A DNA stretch of 64,000 nucleotides, taken from assembly GCA_964016885.1 (NCBI GenBank), contig OZ024746.1, positions 6,634,001-6,698,000 of the forward strand, in the 5' to 3' direction. Below, piece after piece: positions 41,500 to 54,942 of this stretch. The stretch is from Eledone cirrhosa. Lineage: Eukaryota. Within the stretch, counting starts at the first letter, position 1. Each line of letters begins with the position of its first letter. The translations under genes and the position numbers were made by a program. The notes below the pieces were generated by a model that saw only the letters and a list, made by a program, of their open reading frames with translations, made no database searches and was not told the DNA's origin.

Positions 41500-42192
41500 A
41501 CATATATACAACGTATTTGTCAGACGAAGAGCGTCTGGCTATGTATCTCCGTGAGGACTCGACACCACCAACACATCCACCACACCACCACAAACGCCAC
41601 CACCATAAACAACAACACCACAACCACACCTCCACACACGCCAACCCGTCTACCGACAACCCACTAATCTCACCCCACAGCCCAACCCAGTAAGCGACCA
41701 TAACCACCATCTTATCATCGCATCCACCCCCACATACACTCAGGCCAAGGCCAACCAACCACCACCACACCACAGCCCACCTCATCCACCGACCGTCACC
41801 AACATCTCACCATCACACCCACCCCCATATACACTACAGGCCAGTACATCGCCTTGATCCTTCCCACCAATCAAAACAACTCATTTTGTCAAACTCTTGA
41901 ATCTCTGACTTTACCACATAGCATGTATTTCATTTTCTTATAGCATTTTAAAAGGGTCCGTCGAGCCGCCGATTATTGAGTCGGGTAGGATCGATACAGA
42001 TCGAACCTTGAGCTGATCAGTGGCGAAACGCACGTCACCTATCAATAAATACAATGAAGGAATAATCAATCGTCCTTGTTATCCTTTCAATATATTACAC
42101 TCTGTATAGCTCTACACCTCATCACAGAAGTGAACCTAAACATCGAGTGCTCTCCCGGGTGAACCTGCAGTAACTCCTAGTTACACCCCCTG
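41500..42192 (+). mobile_element. Probable PLE 3' UTR/terminal-repeat fragment with decayed HHR (41954-42040)
   Basis: GGGT-CCGTCGA-GCCGCC...GTGGC-GAAACGCACGTC-ACCT, then AATAAA. Ends at (TA)n. Confidence 0.5.
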
Positions 42193-42231
42193 GATATATA
42201 TATATTTATATATATATATATATATATATAT

Positions 42232-42696
42232 GATAATAATGGAGCTGCGGCGTTGCAAATGGGTTACATATGAAAAAGTAAGTCCTTCGTCAGTGGCCTT
42301 CCAACCGTCCTAGGCATTTCATCACTTTAAAGGCCATATGCCTCAGGTTGGTTGTTCGCACCAACCTGAGGCATATGGCCTTTAAAGTGATGAAATGCCT
42401 AGGACGGTTGGAAGGCCACTGACGAAGGACTTACTTTTTCATATGTAACCCATTTGCAACGCCGCAGCTCCATTATTATCATATTTACACATATATTGTT
42501 TCCTCTGCTGCCACTCGTCTGTTTCGTTCTTTGTATCTTTACCCTTTCTAGCAGTCTCTCTCTCTCTCTGTTAGCCTCTTCCTCAACTTTCACTCACTCA
42601 TTCTCTGTCACCACCTCTCCTCCTCCTCCTCTTTCTTCCCGTTTGACCTGTCCGAATTCTTTTCTCGCGCGCTCTTGGCCAAGCCGGTATGAATTT

Positions 42697-42764
<68 letters not shown>

Positions 42765-43111
42765 GCGACTTCACAGAACTTATGTTTACCGAATTCGCAG
42801 ACCAGACCCCTTCTTCCCCCCGTTAGACCTGTGCGAAATTCCTTCCTTGCTCACATTTCAACCAGGTTTGATGGTCTTTAGTCTCTCGTTCACGATTTCA
42901 CCGAGTTTATATTCATAGAAATCTGGGACTTGTCTCTTTCTTCTCACTTTCTGTTGCTTAAACCATTTTGTTTGTTCCACCCTAGCGTCCCCTTTATTTA
43001 CGTGTCCCAACGACTTTATTTAGCCGTTGTTCGCACCAACCTGAGGCATATGGTCTTTAAAGTGATGAAATGCCTAGGACGGTTGGAAGGCCACTGACGA
43101 AGGACTTACTT

Positions 43112-43118
<7 letters not shown>
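42232..43118. mobile_element. Non-coding element with an inverted and a direct terminal repeat (PLE pLTR-like layout)
   Basis: Perfect fold-back 42232-42351 / 42360-42481. 42351-42443 repeats directly at 43026-43118 (period 675). Confidence 0.8.
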
Positions 43119-43148
<30 letters not shown>

Positions 43149-43149
43149 T

Positions 43150-43452
43150 TTAGCGAGGTTTTTTATATGAAATCGTGTGTCGAAACAGATATTGTTATAC
43201 TTGGGGAGGGTCATATTTGCGTAATATTGCCAGAATTAATAACAGAACACACTCACATAACACTATACACACACGCAAACGCATGCGCAAAGAAGACAAA
43301 ATAAAATAAGATAAACAAACAAGCAAATAAATAAATAAATATATAGACAGACTGAATATAAAAGACAGCGATAAGCGAAAACCAACCAAACAGTGAGTGT
43401 GTTCTGTTATTAATTCTGGCAATATTACGCAAATATGACCCTCTCCAAGTAT

Positions 43453-43458
<6 letters not shown>
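43150..43458. mobile_element. PLE family A-related terminal repeat, fold-back
   Basis: Inverted ends 43190-43255 / 43393-43458. Related copy at 59737-60130 carries an HHR motif at 59977-60020 (-). Confidence 0.7.
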
Positions 43459-43540
<82 letters not shown>

Positions 43541-43627
43541 CTTCCTGATTATTTCTCCCGAATGAAACAGTTCTAGTCCTGTAGAAGCTTTTCTATATTA
43601 AATATTTATACTCTTCTTTGTATTGAG

Positions 43628-43708
43628 TACCACTGTATAGGACCACTGTATAGGTACCACTGTATAGGACCACTGTATAGGTACCACTGTATAGGTACCA
43701 CTGTATAG
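43628..43708. repeat. 13/14-bp tandem repeat (ACCACTGTATAGG[T]), about 6 copies
   Basis: Direct reading. Confidence 0.9.
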
Positions 43709-44002
43709 CACTAACACATCACTAGAAGTATAACTAGATGGTACAATTACTACAACTCATCACTTTTCAATACATTTAAAGCTTTAGAAATCTGTATGGA
43801 ATGAATAGCAACCTTTCCCAGCAACACAATGTATTGTCCCAGATGAATTAACAGTAGAGAAGTGATTGGTGGGCAGTTTTATTAATCTCCTCATTAGAGA
43901 GAAAGACAATTATGGCAGCGTTGGTGGCAGAGCTGTCATGTGATATGTGAGTGTACGTAAATATGTATGTGTGTAACTCTGTCTGAGTGTGCATTTGCTA
44001 TA

Positions 44003-44084
44003 TACAGGGTGTTCCAAAAAATGTATACACACTTCAACAGCATTCAAATAAATATATGTATACATATTTTGGGGACACCTTGTA
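44003..44084. mobile_element. Tiny Tc1/mariner MITE
   Basis: TA-CAGGGTGTTCCAAAAAATGTATACA...TGTATACATATTTTGGGGACACCTTG-TA. Confidence 0.75.
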
Positions 44085-44145
44085 TTTTAACGTTACTAGC
44101 TACGTTCAAAAATACTGTAAGATATTTGAAATGGTTAAGTTATAC

Positions 44146-44318
44146 CTGGTCAAGCCGATACCATTTATATGTGACAGTTGGATTTCCAGTAGCAACACAT
44201 TCAAGGGACGCTCTTCTCAGACCCTCCTTCCCTTCCAGAACTATATAATTACGAGATTCAATTGTCATGTTTGGTCCTTTCTTTATTTCACTGGCGTCTA
44301 ATATATCGGATCCAAAAT
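44146..44318 (-). CDS. CNTN: Contactin exon: linker + N-terminal half of the first Ig domain
   Basis: attacag|ATTTTGG...GACCAG|gtataa. Encodes (N)FGSDILDASEIKKGPNMTIESRNYIVLEGKEGLRRASLECVATGNPTVTYKWYRLDQ. 173 nt, phase 1 to 0. Not in the ORF track. Confidence 0.88.
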
Positions 44319-44639
44319 CTGTAATATAATGTATGATAGTTGTTAGATGATATTAATTTGAATATATTCTCAGATTTAAATATCTTAATGCATCCCTTGT
44401 ATGTAGTCTTGTTTTACAAATTCTAAATAATGTTGGCATTAAGATTTATTTTAAGTAGTCGAGGGCGCAGGTGATATATATTCTGAATCACTTCCAGCAT
44501 TGTACGTTGCAATTAGATAATAGTGTTGATTAAAGATTATAAATTATTATTTAACAAAATCTACTGGACAAACTGTGGAACACGCATACATACACATCTA
44601 AACACGTCTTTAAGACATATTGTCATTCTCTCTCGCTCT

Positions 44640-44691
<52 letters not shown>

Positions 44692-44785
44692 TTCTCTCTC
44701 TCTCTCACTCTATCTCTCTTTCTTTCCCTCTCTCTCTTTCTCTCTCTCTCTTTCTCTCTCTCGCTTTCTCTTTCTTTCTCTCTCT

Positions 44786-44873
<88 letters not shown>

Positions 44874-44968
44874 GTGGAACACTGGAAGGTAATATCCGTA
44901 GTGGTAGAACACTCAGTCCATGGGACGAGTTAGGTAGAAGCAGTTACACAACAGTTAGTTCACCATAG

Positions 44969-45006
44969 CGAGAACAATTGTTTCACCATAGTGGATCCTC
45001 AGCTCG
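44969..45006 (-). ncRNA. Type I hammerhead ribozyme
   Basis: CGAG-CTGAGGA-TCCACTATGGT-GAAACAATTGTT-CTCG. Perfect stem I and palindromic stem III ACAATTGT. A partial inverted copy lies at 45019-45043. Confidence 0.75.
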
Positions 45007-45119
45007 GAATGGCCATTACGAGCTGAGGATCCACTAAGGTGAATCAGTGGAATTCAATTCGTGTGCACAGATATAAGGGTACTTGACGGCGGATGAAAAG
45101 CGAACTAGTAGAGGAGAAC

Positions 45120-45740
45120 GGTTAAATGAACACTGGCGAGAACTTCAAGATAAAAAAAGAATCATCAATACTCCACCAACATGCTAAAATAGAACATAAT
45201 GGCAAATTAGAGAACATAGAAATAAAAATAGAATCTACACACAGAAAAGACGCAATGTTTAGACAAATTACAGAGGCAATAGACATAAATGAACTCCAAC
45301 CAAAATTAAATAGAAAACATGAATGGAACAGTAACATCACAACTTACAATTAAGGACAAAATGAAAACACACGCACACATAGAACAAACAACCAACCAGT
45401 AACATGTAAATAAACAAATAAATAAACAAATAAAAACACACACAGACACCCGGATGTAACACATGCGCAAACAAAGCACACAACACAGAAAAACAAGATG
45501 GCATAGGGCAGAACAAAGGAGAGCCACAAAGAAAAGAATCCCCAGTCACTGAAGAGGTCACAGAATGTGTGACGAAAGAAGTTTGACAATATATGAACAA
45601 CCGTCCGGTTATGGAACCAACCAACCAACCGGAAATTTATAAATTCTTAAATTTATAAATTTAATTTATAATAAATTGGAGTGAAAGCAACTGGTGCGTG
45701 TGTTTCTTATTGGCAACATGACCCTCCCAAAGCATAACTA
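45120..45740 (+). mobile_element. PLE family A 3' fragment (HHR 45545-45587)
   Basis: SILHQHAKIEH...RQITEAIDI..LQPKLNRKHEW followed by the terminal repeat and (TA)n. Confidence 0.88.
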
Positions 45741-46407
45741 TATATATATATATATATATATATAAACAATAGCACTCGAAGGAGTACTATTGTTAATTCA
45801 TATTAATCAAGTGCTATTCACGAAAGAATCAACTAAAATCTAGATTAATATATATTTCCGGTCTGCAACATCAAATGAGGTAAACGCTGAAATAAACAGT
45901 TACAGTTACCACTAACGAGTCTCTAACGAGACACAAATCTCTTCGTTTCTATCCTCGCTTTTACTGGAACTCTTCTGATTTATCCAGAGGTTCCATTTTC
46001 ATAATCAGACAAATTCGTATTCATTAGAAAATATTGTGTATATAATCTGAATATATTTGTATATATAACCAAGCTATGTTAGTTCACCAGTATATATACT
46101 TAGATATATGCGTCCGTGTATGAGAGTGTTTGCATCTGTGTACGAAATACCTGTTTCTATATTTGTCAAAAATGTAATTTACGTATCTAAAGCAGAAAGA
46201 AATTTGTGGAAATTATACAAATAGAAATAACGAAATAATATAATATTCACAATTTTTTAATTAAGTGTGAGTTAGGAATTGAAGAGAAATAGATATGGAA
46301 ATCTGTTGTAATGATAGCGTTCGTTAGCAGATGTTGTGTCGCATATAAGTGATTTATTTTCTTAATTAGGATGTTTACATCATTTCTGAATGAATATTTA
46401 AAATAAA

Positions 46408-49400
46408 CTTTAACTCTCGGTGTCTTTAACTCTCGGTGTCTTCAACTCTTAGGTGTCTTTAACTCTCGGTGTCCTTAACTCTCGGTGTCTTTAACTCTCG
46501 GTGTCTTTAACTCTCGGTGTCTTTATCTCTCAGTGTCCTTAACTCTCGGTCTCTTTAACTCTCGGTGTCCTTAACTCTCGGTGTCCTTAACTCTCGGTGT
46601 CTTTAACTCTCGGTGTCTTTAACTCTCGGTGTCTTTAACTCTCGGTGTCCTTAACTCTCGGTGTCTTTAACTCTCGGTGTCTTTAACTCTCGCTGTCTTT
46701 AACTCTCGGTGTCTTTAACTCTCGGTGTCCTTAACTCTCGGTGTCTTTAACTCTCGGTGTCCTTAACTCTCGGTGTCTTTAACTCTCGGTGTCTTTAACT
46801 CTCGGTGTCTTTAACTCTCGGTGTCCTTAACTCTCGGTGTCTTTAACTCTCTGTGTCTTTAACTCTCGGTGTCCTTAACTCTCGGTGTCTTTAACTCTCG
46901 GTGTCTTTAACTCTCGGTGTCCTTAACTCTCGGTGTCTTTAACTCTCGGTGTCTTTAACTCTTGGTGTCTTTAACTCTCGGTGTCCTTAACTCTCGGTGT
47001 CTTTAACTCTTGGTGTCTTTAACTCTCGGTGTCCTTAACTCTCGGTGTCTTTAACTCTCGGTGTCCTTAACTCTCGGTGTCTTTAACTCTCGGTGTCTTT
47101 AACTCTTGGTGTCTTTAACTCTCGGTGTCCTTAACTCTCGGTGTCTTTAACTCTCGGTGTCTTTAACTCTCGGTGTCCTTAACTCTCGGTGTCTTTAACT
47201 CTCGGTGTCTTTAACTCTCGGTGTCTTTAACTCTCGGTGTCTTTAACTCTCGGTGTCTTTAACTCTTAGGTGTCATTAACTCTCGCTGTCTTTAACTCTC
47301 GGTGTCTTTAACTCTCGGTGTCTTTAACTCTCGGTGTCTTTAACTCTCGGTGTCTTTAACTCTCGGTGTCTTTAACTCTTAGGTGTCATTAACTCTCGGT
47401 GTCTTTAACTCTCGGTGTCTTTAACTCTCGGTGTCTTTAACTCTCGGTGTCCTTAACTCTCGGTGTCTTTAACTCTCGGTGTCTTTAACTCTCGGTGTCT
47501 TTAACTCTCGGTGTCTTTAACTCTCGGTGTCTTTAACTCTTAGGTGTCTTTAACTCTCGGTGTCTTTAACTCTCGGTGTCTTTAACTCTTAGGTGTCTTT
47601 AACTCTCGGTGTCTTTAACTCTCGGTGTCTTTAACTCTCGGTGTCTTTAACTCTCGGTGTCTTTAACTCTCGGTGTCTTTAACTCTCGGTGTCTTTAACT
47701 CTTAGGTGTCATTAACTCTCGGTGTCTTTAACTCTCGGTGTCTTTAACTCTCGGTGTCTTTAACTCTTAGGTGTCATTAACTCTCGGTGTCTTTAACTCT
47801 CGGTGTCTTTAACTCTCGGTGTCTTTAACTCTCGGTGTCTTTAACTCTCGGTGTCTTTAACTCTTAGGTGTCATTAACTCTCGGTGTCTTTAACTCTCGG
47901 TGTCTTTAACTCTTAGGTGTCATTAACTCTCGGTGTCTTTAACTCTCGGTGTCTTTAACTCTTAGGTGTCTTTAACTCTTAGGTGTCTTTAACTCTCGGT
48001 GTCTTTAACTCTTAGGTGTCTTTAACTCTCGGTGTCTTTAACTCTTAGGTGTCTTTAACTCTCGGTGTCTTTAACTCTCGGTGTCTTTAACTCTTAGGTG
48101 TCTTTAACTCTCGGTGTCTTTAACTCTCGGTGTCTTTAACTCTCGGTGTCTTTAACTCTTAGGTGTCTTTAACTCTCGGTGTCTTTAACTCTTAGGTGTC
48201 TTTAACTCTTATGTGTCTTTAACTCTCGGTGTCTTTAACTCTCGGTGTCTTTAACTCTCGGTGTCTTTAACTCTTAGGTGTCTTTAACTCTCGGTGTCTT
48301 TAACTCTCGGTGTCTTTAACTCTCGGTGTCTTTAACTCTCGGTGTCCTTAACTCTCGGTGTCTTTAAGTCTCGGTGTCTTTAACTCTCGGTGTCTTTAAC
48401 TCTCGGTGTCTTTAACTCTCGGTGTCTTTAACTCTTAGGTGTCTTTAACTCTCGGTGTCTTTAACTCTTAGGTGTCTTTAACTCTTAGGTGTCTTTAACT
48501 CTCGGTGTCTTTAACTCTTAGGTGTCTTTAACTCTCGGTGTCTTTAACTCTTAGGTGTCTTTAACTCTCGGTGTCTTTAACTCTTAGGTGTCTTTAACTC
48601 TCGGTGTCTTTAACTCTTAGGTGTCTTTAACTCTTAGGTGTCTTTAACTCTCGGTGTCTTTAACTCTTAGGTGTCTTTAACTCTCGGTGTCTTTAACTCT
48701 CGGTGTCTTTAACTCTCGGTGTCTTTAACTCTCGGTGTCTTTAACTCTCGGTGTCTTTAACTCTTAGGTGTCTTTAACTCTTAGGTGTCTTTAACTCTCG
48801 GTGTCTTTAACTCTTAGGTGTCTTTAACTCTCGGTGTCTTTAACTCTCGGTGTCTTTAACTCTCGGTGTCTTTAACTCTTAGGTGTCTTTAACTCTTAGG
48901 TGTCTTTAACTCTCGGTGTCTTTAACTCTTAGGTGTCTTTAACTCTCGGTGTCTTTAACTCTCGGTGTCTTTAACTCTCGGTGTCTTTAACTCTCGGTGT
49001 CTTTAACTCTTAGGTGTCTTTAACTCTTAGGTGTCTTTAACTCTCGGTGTCTTTAACTCTTATGTGTCTTTAACTCTCGGTGTCTTTAACTCTCGGTGTC
49101 TTTAACTCTCGGTGTCTTTAACTCTCGGTGTCTTTAACTCTCGGTGTCTTTAACTCTTAGGTGTCTTTAACTCTCGGTGTCTTTAACTCTCGGTGTCTTT
49201 AACTCTCGGTGTCTTTAACTCTTATGTGTCTTTAACTCTCGGTGTCCTTAACTCTCGGTGTCTTTAACTCTTAGGTGTCTTTAACTCTCGGTGTCCTTAA
49301 CTCTCGGTGTCTTTAACTCTCGGTGTCTTTAACTCTCGGTGTCTTTAACTCTTAGTTTCTTTAACTCTTAGGTGTCTTTAACCCTTAGGTGTCTTTAACT

Positions 49401-50572
49401 CTCGGTGTCTTTAACTCTTAGGTGTCTTTAACTCTCGGTGTCTTTAACTCTCGGTGTCTTTAACTCTCGGTGTCTTTAACTCTTAGGTGTCTTTATCTCT
49501 TAGGTGTCTTTAACTCTCGGTGTCTTTAACTCTCGGTGTCTTTAACTCTCGGTGTCTTTAACTCTCGGTGTCTTTAACTCTTAGGTGTCTTTAACTCTTA
49601 GGTGTCTTTAACCCTTAGGTGTCTTTAACTCTCGGTGTCTTTAACTCTCGGTGTCTTTAACTCTCGGTGTCTTTAACTCTCGGTGTCTTTAACTCTCGGT
49701 GTCTTTAACTCTCGGTGTCTTTAACTCTCGGTGTCTTTAACTCTCGGTGTCTTTAACTCTCGGTGTCTTTAACTCTCGGTGTCTTTAACTCTTAGGTGTC
49801 TTTAACTCTTAGGTGTCTTTAACCCTTAGGTGTCTTTAACTCTCGGTGTCTTTAACTCTCGGTGTCTTTAACTCTCGGTGTCTTTAACTCTTAGGTGTCT
49901 TTAACTCTTAGGTGTCTTTAACTCTTAGGTGTCTTTAACTCTTAGGTGTCTTTAACTCTTAGGTCTCTTTAACCCTTAGGTGTCTTTAACTCTCGGTGTC
50001 TTTAACTCTCGGTGTCTTTAACTCTCGGTGTCTTTAACTCTCGGTGTCTTTAACTCTTAGGTGTCTTTAACTCTCGGTGTCTTTATCTCTCGGTGTCCTT
50101 AACTCTCGGTGTCTTTAACTCTTAGGTGTCTTTAACTCTCGGTGTCCTTAACTCTCGGTGTCTTTAACTCTCGGTGTCTTTAACTCTCGGTGTCTTTAAC
50201 TCTTAGGTGTCTTTAACTCTCGGTGTCTTTAACTCTCGGTGTCCTTAACTCTCGGTGTCTTTAACTCTTAGGTGTCTTTAACTCTCGGTGTCTTTAACTC
50301 TCGTTGTCCTTAACTCTCGGTGTCTTTAACTCTTAGGTGTCTTTAACTCTCGGTGTCCTTAACTCTCGGTGTCTTTAACTCTTAGTTTCTTTAACTCTCG
50401 GTGTCTTTAACTCTTAGTTTCTTTAACTCTCGGTGTCTTTAACTCTCGGTGTCTTTAACTCTCGGTGTCTTTAACTCTCGGTGTCTTTAACTCTCGGTGT
50501 CTTTAACTCTTAGGTGTCTTTAACTCTCGGTGTCTTTAACTCTCGGTGTCTTTAACTCTTAGGTGTCCTTAA
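46408..50572. repeat. 16/17-bp minisatellite (TCTTTAACTCTCGGTG / TCTTTAACTCTTAGGTG), roughly 255 units
   Basis: Direct reading. No spacers between units. Confidence 0.97.
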
Positions 50573-51128
50573 GTTTCAGCAATGTAGAACGTAACAAAGT
50601 GCAATATAACTCGTTGTTGTTTTTACTAATTATTATTATCCTTCTGTCACGCAGAGCAGATGGATAATGCATCGGGGTATTTAGTCATCTGTCAAGTCGC
50701 ACCATGGACCTTAGACAGATATGGGCAGACGTATGCTTAAAGGCATTACGGCATAGATTACCCTGTCTTTTTTATATATCTAGGATTACACTGATGAATG
50801 TGTTTTCCCTTCTCAAGATTGTACCATACCATGACCCCTTAAAGCCTAAACATAACGATGGTTACGAAAAAGTGATTTTGTAAAATAATAATGGGGATTT
50901 CTTAAATAGAAATGAAAATTTTGAAGGAGATCAAAGAAGGTTCCAGTTATGGCGATGTCATGTATAGACGTTGACAAACCTGGTACTAGTTTAACCTAGT
51001 TAACGGGTTTGAAACATAACAAGACAAAAATAAGGATCAACGGCAACCTTGCACCAGAACGTGTCAACATAGAAATACTTGTGACTGAGTATGTAGTAAA
51101 ACCATTGAGAATCTAATAATATTTGATT

Positions 51129-52209
51129 GATAAGTATAATTGATTATATATCGACAGAGTACTTGATTGCTGGGAATAACAAAATTTAATGTTCACACGA
51201 TTCGAAATCTGAGGATTAAGGAACATGACTATATACTACGAGAAATGTTTTCTTTTTGGTTCTGTACCGAATCTGCCAAACCCCATCCTACGGTGTTGAT
51301 ATTGATGGTATATGGCCAACAAAAACGAGATGAGAAGGAAATAATACAAATAGTGAATGGAAAGAAGTGTGACAGTGTGAGAAAGAAATTGATGGTAATT
51401 TTTAGATTATAGAAGAAAGCTAATCAGCTTTATTCATTGTTTTAGCAGGTCACATATTAAGGAAACATTAAACTGACAATGAGGATAATATTTGTGTTGA
51501 GACATAGTATATCTTAAAAAAACGAGGATGAGTTGAAGGGAATTTGAGGGAAATTTAGCTGTTATTGTAGCGAATAAAGCGACCACGTAGAGTCTGTTAC
51601 AGCAGCTCGTACTTTGTTGATATTATCTGGAGTTGAAATAGGAAAATGTTATATTTATTCTATTCATGAAGTTATTAATAGTGTATTAAACTAAAATTAG
51701 GAACAAGAGAACAGATACCATTTCATAGCATTATGAAAAAAAAACTCAATCTATTTTTATTGATCCTCGGCTATGTATAATATATATATCGATTTTTCAA
51801 TTGCGAAAACTCATCCTCGTTTTTTTTAAGATATACTATGTCTCAACACAAATATTATCCTCATTGTCAGTTTAATGTTTCCTTAATATGTGACCTGCTA
51901 AAACAATGAATAAAGCTGATTAGCTTTCTTCTATAATCTAAAAATTACCATCAATTTCTTTCTCACACTGTCACACTTCTTTCCATTTACTATTTGTATT
52001 ATTTCTTTCTCATCTCGTTTTTGTTGGCCATATACCATCAATATCAACACCGTAGGATGGGATTTGGCAGATTCGGTACAGAACCAAAAACAAAACATTT
52101 CTTGTAGTATATAGTCATGATCCTCAGATTTCGAATCGTGTGAACATTAAATTTTGTTCTTCGCCAGCAATCAAGTACTCTATCGATATATAATCAATTA
52201 TACTTATCA
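51129..52209. repeat. Long inverted repeat (~400-bp arms, ~275-bp spacer)
   Basis: 51129-51534 versus 51808-52209, with few mismatches or indels. Confidence 0.9.
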
Positions 52210-52249
52210 CGCGATGTGTCTGTCACGAGTCGATCAATATAAGAACTAT

Positions 52250-53840
52250 TATTAGACTGTTCAGAAATCAATACATGTTATATGTTTTTATTTGTTTCAT
52301 CATATTAAAGAATAAAACCTCGCGCAACATGTGTAAAATTGCATAGCACTTTTAAGCTTATTTCATGCTTTTTCTTTCAATGTGATTTATTTTTAACAAA
52401 TTGATTTTTGTTACTTTTCAGATATCTAAATTTAAGCGATGAAAACAAGAGTTTTGCCTAATTTATTTGTAGAAATGTAAACTCATCTGCTATGTAGCAC
52501 AAACGGTTAATAACATCATGAAATTTAGTGCTAAAGATGTATTAAATTCAATGTTGGTTTTAACATTTTTGAAGATAAGGAAGATTGCTAGGGTCTTTAG
52601 CCATTGTTAACGATGTATTGAATGCTCTGGTTGATGCAAATGCTCACACAATTCTTCGAGAACTTGCAGTGGAGCTAGATTTAAGCATTAGAACAATTTC
52701 TAAAATTTGAATCAAATTAGAATGTCGAAGAAGCCTGGGAAATAGGCGCCGCACGAATTGAAGGAAAACCAGAAAAATCACCGCTGTGAAATCTGCTCTT
52801 CGCTTCTTTTACGCAACAAAGAGGAACCAGTTCTTGATCGCATAGTAACGTGCGATGAAATGTGGATCTTATACAAAATCCAACGGCATTCAGCACAGTG
52901 GTCGGACTGAGTTGAAACACCTAAATATTTTCCAAACCCGAGGTTGCACTAAAAGAATATTATGGTGACATTTTTGTGGACTGCAGCTGGGTTCATCTAC
53001 TACAGCTTTTTAAATCCAGGCGCAGCAATCACAGCAGTTTATTGCTACGAAATCTGTAAATGAATGAGACATTGCAGAGTATCCGTCCAGTATTGGTCAA
53101 TAGAAAAGTTCAAATCCTCTTGCACGACACTGCAAGACCACACATCGCACGACTAACACTCCAGAAGTTGAACGAATGAAGGTTCGAAACTTTGCTTCAT
53201 CTAGCATCCTCACCGGATCTTTTATCAACTGACTACCACTTTTTGGAGCATTTCAACAAATTCTTCCAATAAAACGTTTTCAATAATGATAGAAACCGCA
53301 AAAAATGTCTTCAAAGAACCTATCGCCTCCAGAACTTCAGAATTCTGTTACCGGAGAAAATAAATTGTAATAAATTGTTGGCAAAAGTGTGTAGATTCTA
53401 ATAGTTTTATGTCGATTAATGTGAATGTAAGTGGCTTTGTGGTTAGGGTATTCGGATCACGATCTTAAGGTCTTCAGTTCGGTTCCCGGTTGCACGTTGT
53501 GTTCTAGAGCAAGACACTTTATTTCACGTTGTTTTAATCCACTCAGATGGAGAAAATGAGTTGTACCTGTAGTTCGAAGGGTCAGCCTTGTCATATTCTG
53601 TGTCACGCTAAATCTTCCTGAGAACTACGTTAAAAGTACACGTGTTTGTGGAATGCTCAGCCACTTGCACGTTAATTTCACGAACAGGTTGTTCTGTTGA
53701 TCGTATCAGCTGGAACACACGCCGTCGTAACCGACGGAGTACCACTACACTATCGATTAATAGAGTTTATTCTAGTCGGAGACATGTCGTTTTAAATTCA
53801 TTTATCTAAGAACCTGTATTAATTTCTGAAAAACCTGATA
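52250..53840 (+). mobile_element. Decayed mariner (DD34D) transposon
   Basis: Imperfect ~28-bp TIRs with TA ends. Transposase remnants DRIVTCDEMWILY, LLHDTARPHIA and SSPDLLSTDYHFL with stops and frameshifts. Confidence 0.88.
53421..53752 (+). mobile_element. tRNA-derived SINE nested in the mariner
   Basis: TGGCTTTGTGG A-box and GTTCGGTTCC B-box-like motif. Flanking duplication TCGATTAAT. Confidence 0.75.
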
Positions 53841-54344
53841 ACTTTCCGTGTTTTTAACTAATTCGGGGAAAGTTGTGTTGAGTTGCAAAACGTTAGTTAG
53901 GATTTTTTTAAATCGTTTTTAATTACCTTCTTTTAAACATTTTAAAGGAAATACAATTATTTAGATTTATTACTTTATCGTTAATTAAAGTTGGATTCAA
54001 ATGAAGGTAAACGGAAGTTTTAAAAAATCATCAAATCCCAATTTGAAATCGTTCATCTATTATGTTAGCGTTCACAGTGGGATCAATCGCTTTTCAAGAA
54101 ATGTTTAATTTGTAGCGGCTAATTTGAATAAAATTCTACTTATTTTGCTAAACAGCAATTCCATATTAGAAACAACAATGTTTACTAACTTTTAAAATAT
54201 GAAACGTTTTGTGGGATTGTTTTATGCATGTGTTAGTAGTTTTCACTTTTTGTTATTGTTTTATACATGTGTTAGTAGTTTTCCCTATTTGTTACAGTAA
54301 AAGAAAAAGAAATATTTAATATAATAATGAAGTTTTGATAATCA

Positions 54345-54830
54345 AAGTGGCTATTTAGATCAGGGGATCGGTAAAATTGTTTCCTGGTAGTCCGGATGGA
54401 AAATATTGTAGATGTGTAGGCCAAGGGAACAGATCCTATACCTACCAGTGGATTCTCGCCACCGTACTAGGATGCACCTCCCTTCAAAGAAAAGAACCCC
54501 TGACGAGTTCCTGATGGCAATAGACATGGAGAGGAATGTCTTATTATGAATTCGGGGGATAGTCAGTCAGAATGTTGATCATATTGCCTCTGCTGCGTGT
54601 TTTCCTGCCTGTAGTACGTGAGCAAGGAGAAAGACTGTTTCCAAGCCAGGCTTTCATAAGCCATTTTCTTTGCTCCGGACTTGTTGTGGAAGGTCCTGCA
54701 GGAGAATGGGGTTAACGGGAAGCTTCTTGCTGCTGTGAAGTCCCTACACGAATACCCTTGTAGTTGTGTTTGGAAAATAATGTTAAATCGAAACTATTCG
54801 ATATGGGTTTCAGACTCCGCCAAGGGTGAG
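54345..54830 (+). mobile_element. Decayed RTE-like LINE RT fragment
   Basis: Remnants resembling GVDEI.P, YRGISL and LWKVL...GVNGKLLAAVKSL...GLRQG. Confidence 0.55.
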
Positions 54831-54942
54831 TATTATTGACTCAGATTTACACTTCAGGGAATCACAACCACATAAGAATATTCATATTAATTTACTTTCA
54901 AACTTTTTTTAACCCTGAATAAATTTAGATTAAAATACTTAC

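Noticed and set aside
46408-50572. CRISPR array or telomeric tract
   Set aside because: Units are contiguous with no unique spacers and no cas genes. TTAGG and TAACCC occur only as single motifs within variants, not as (TTAGGG)n.
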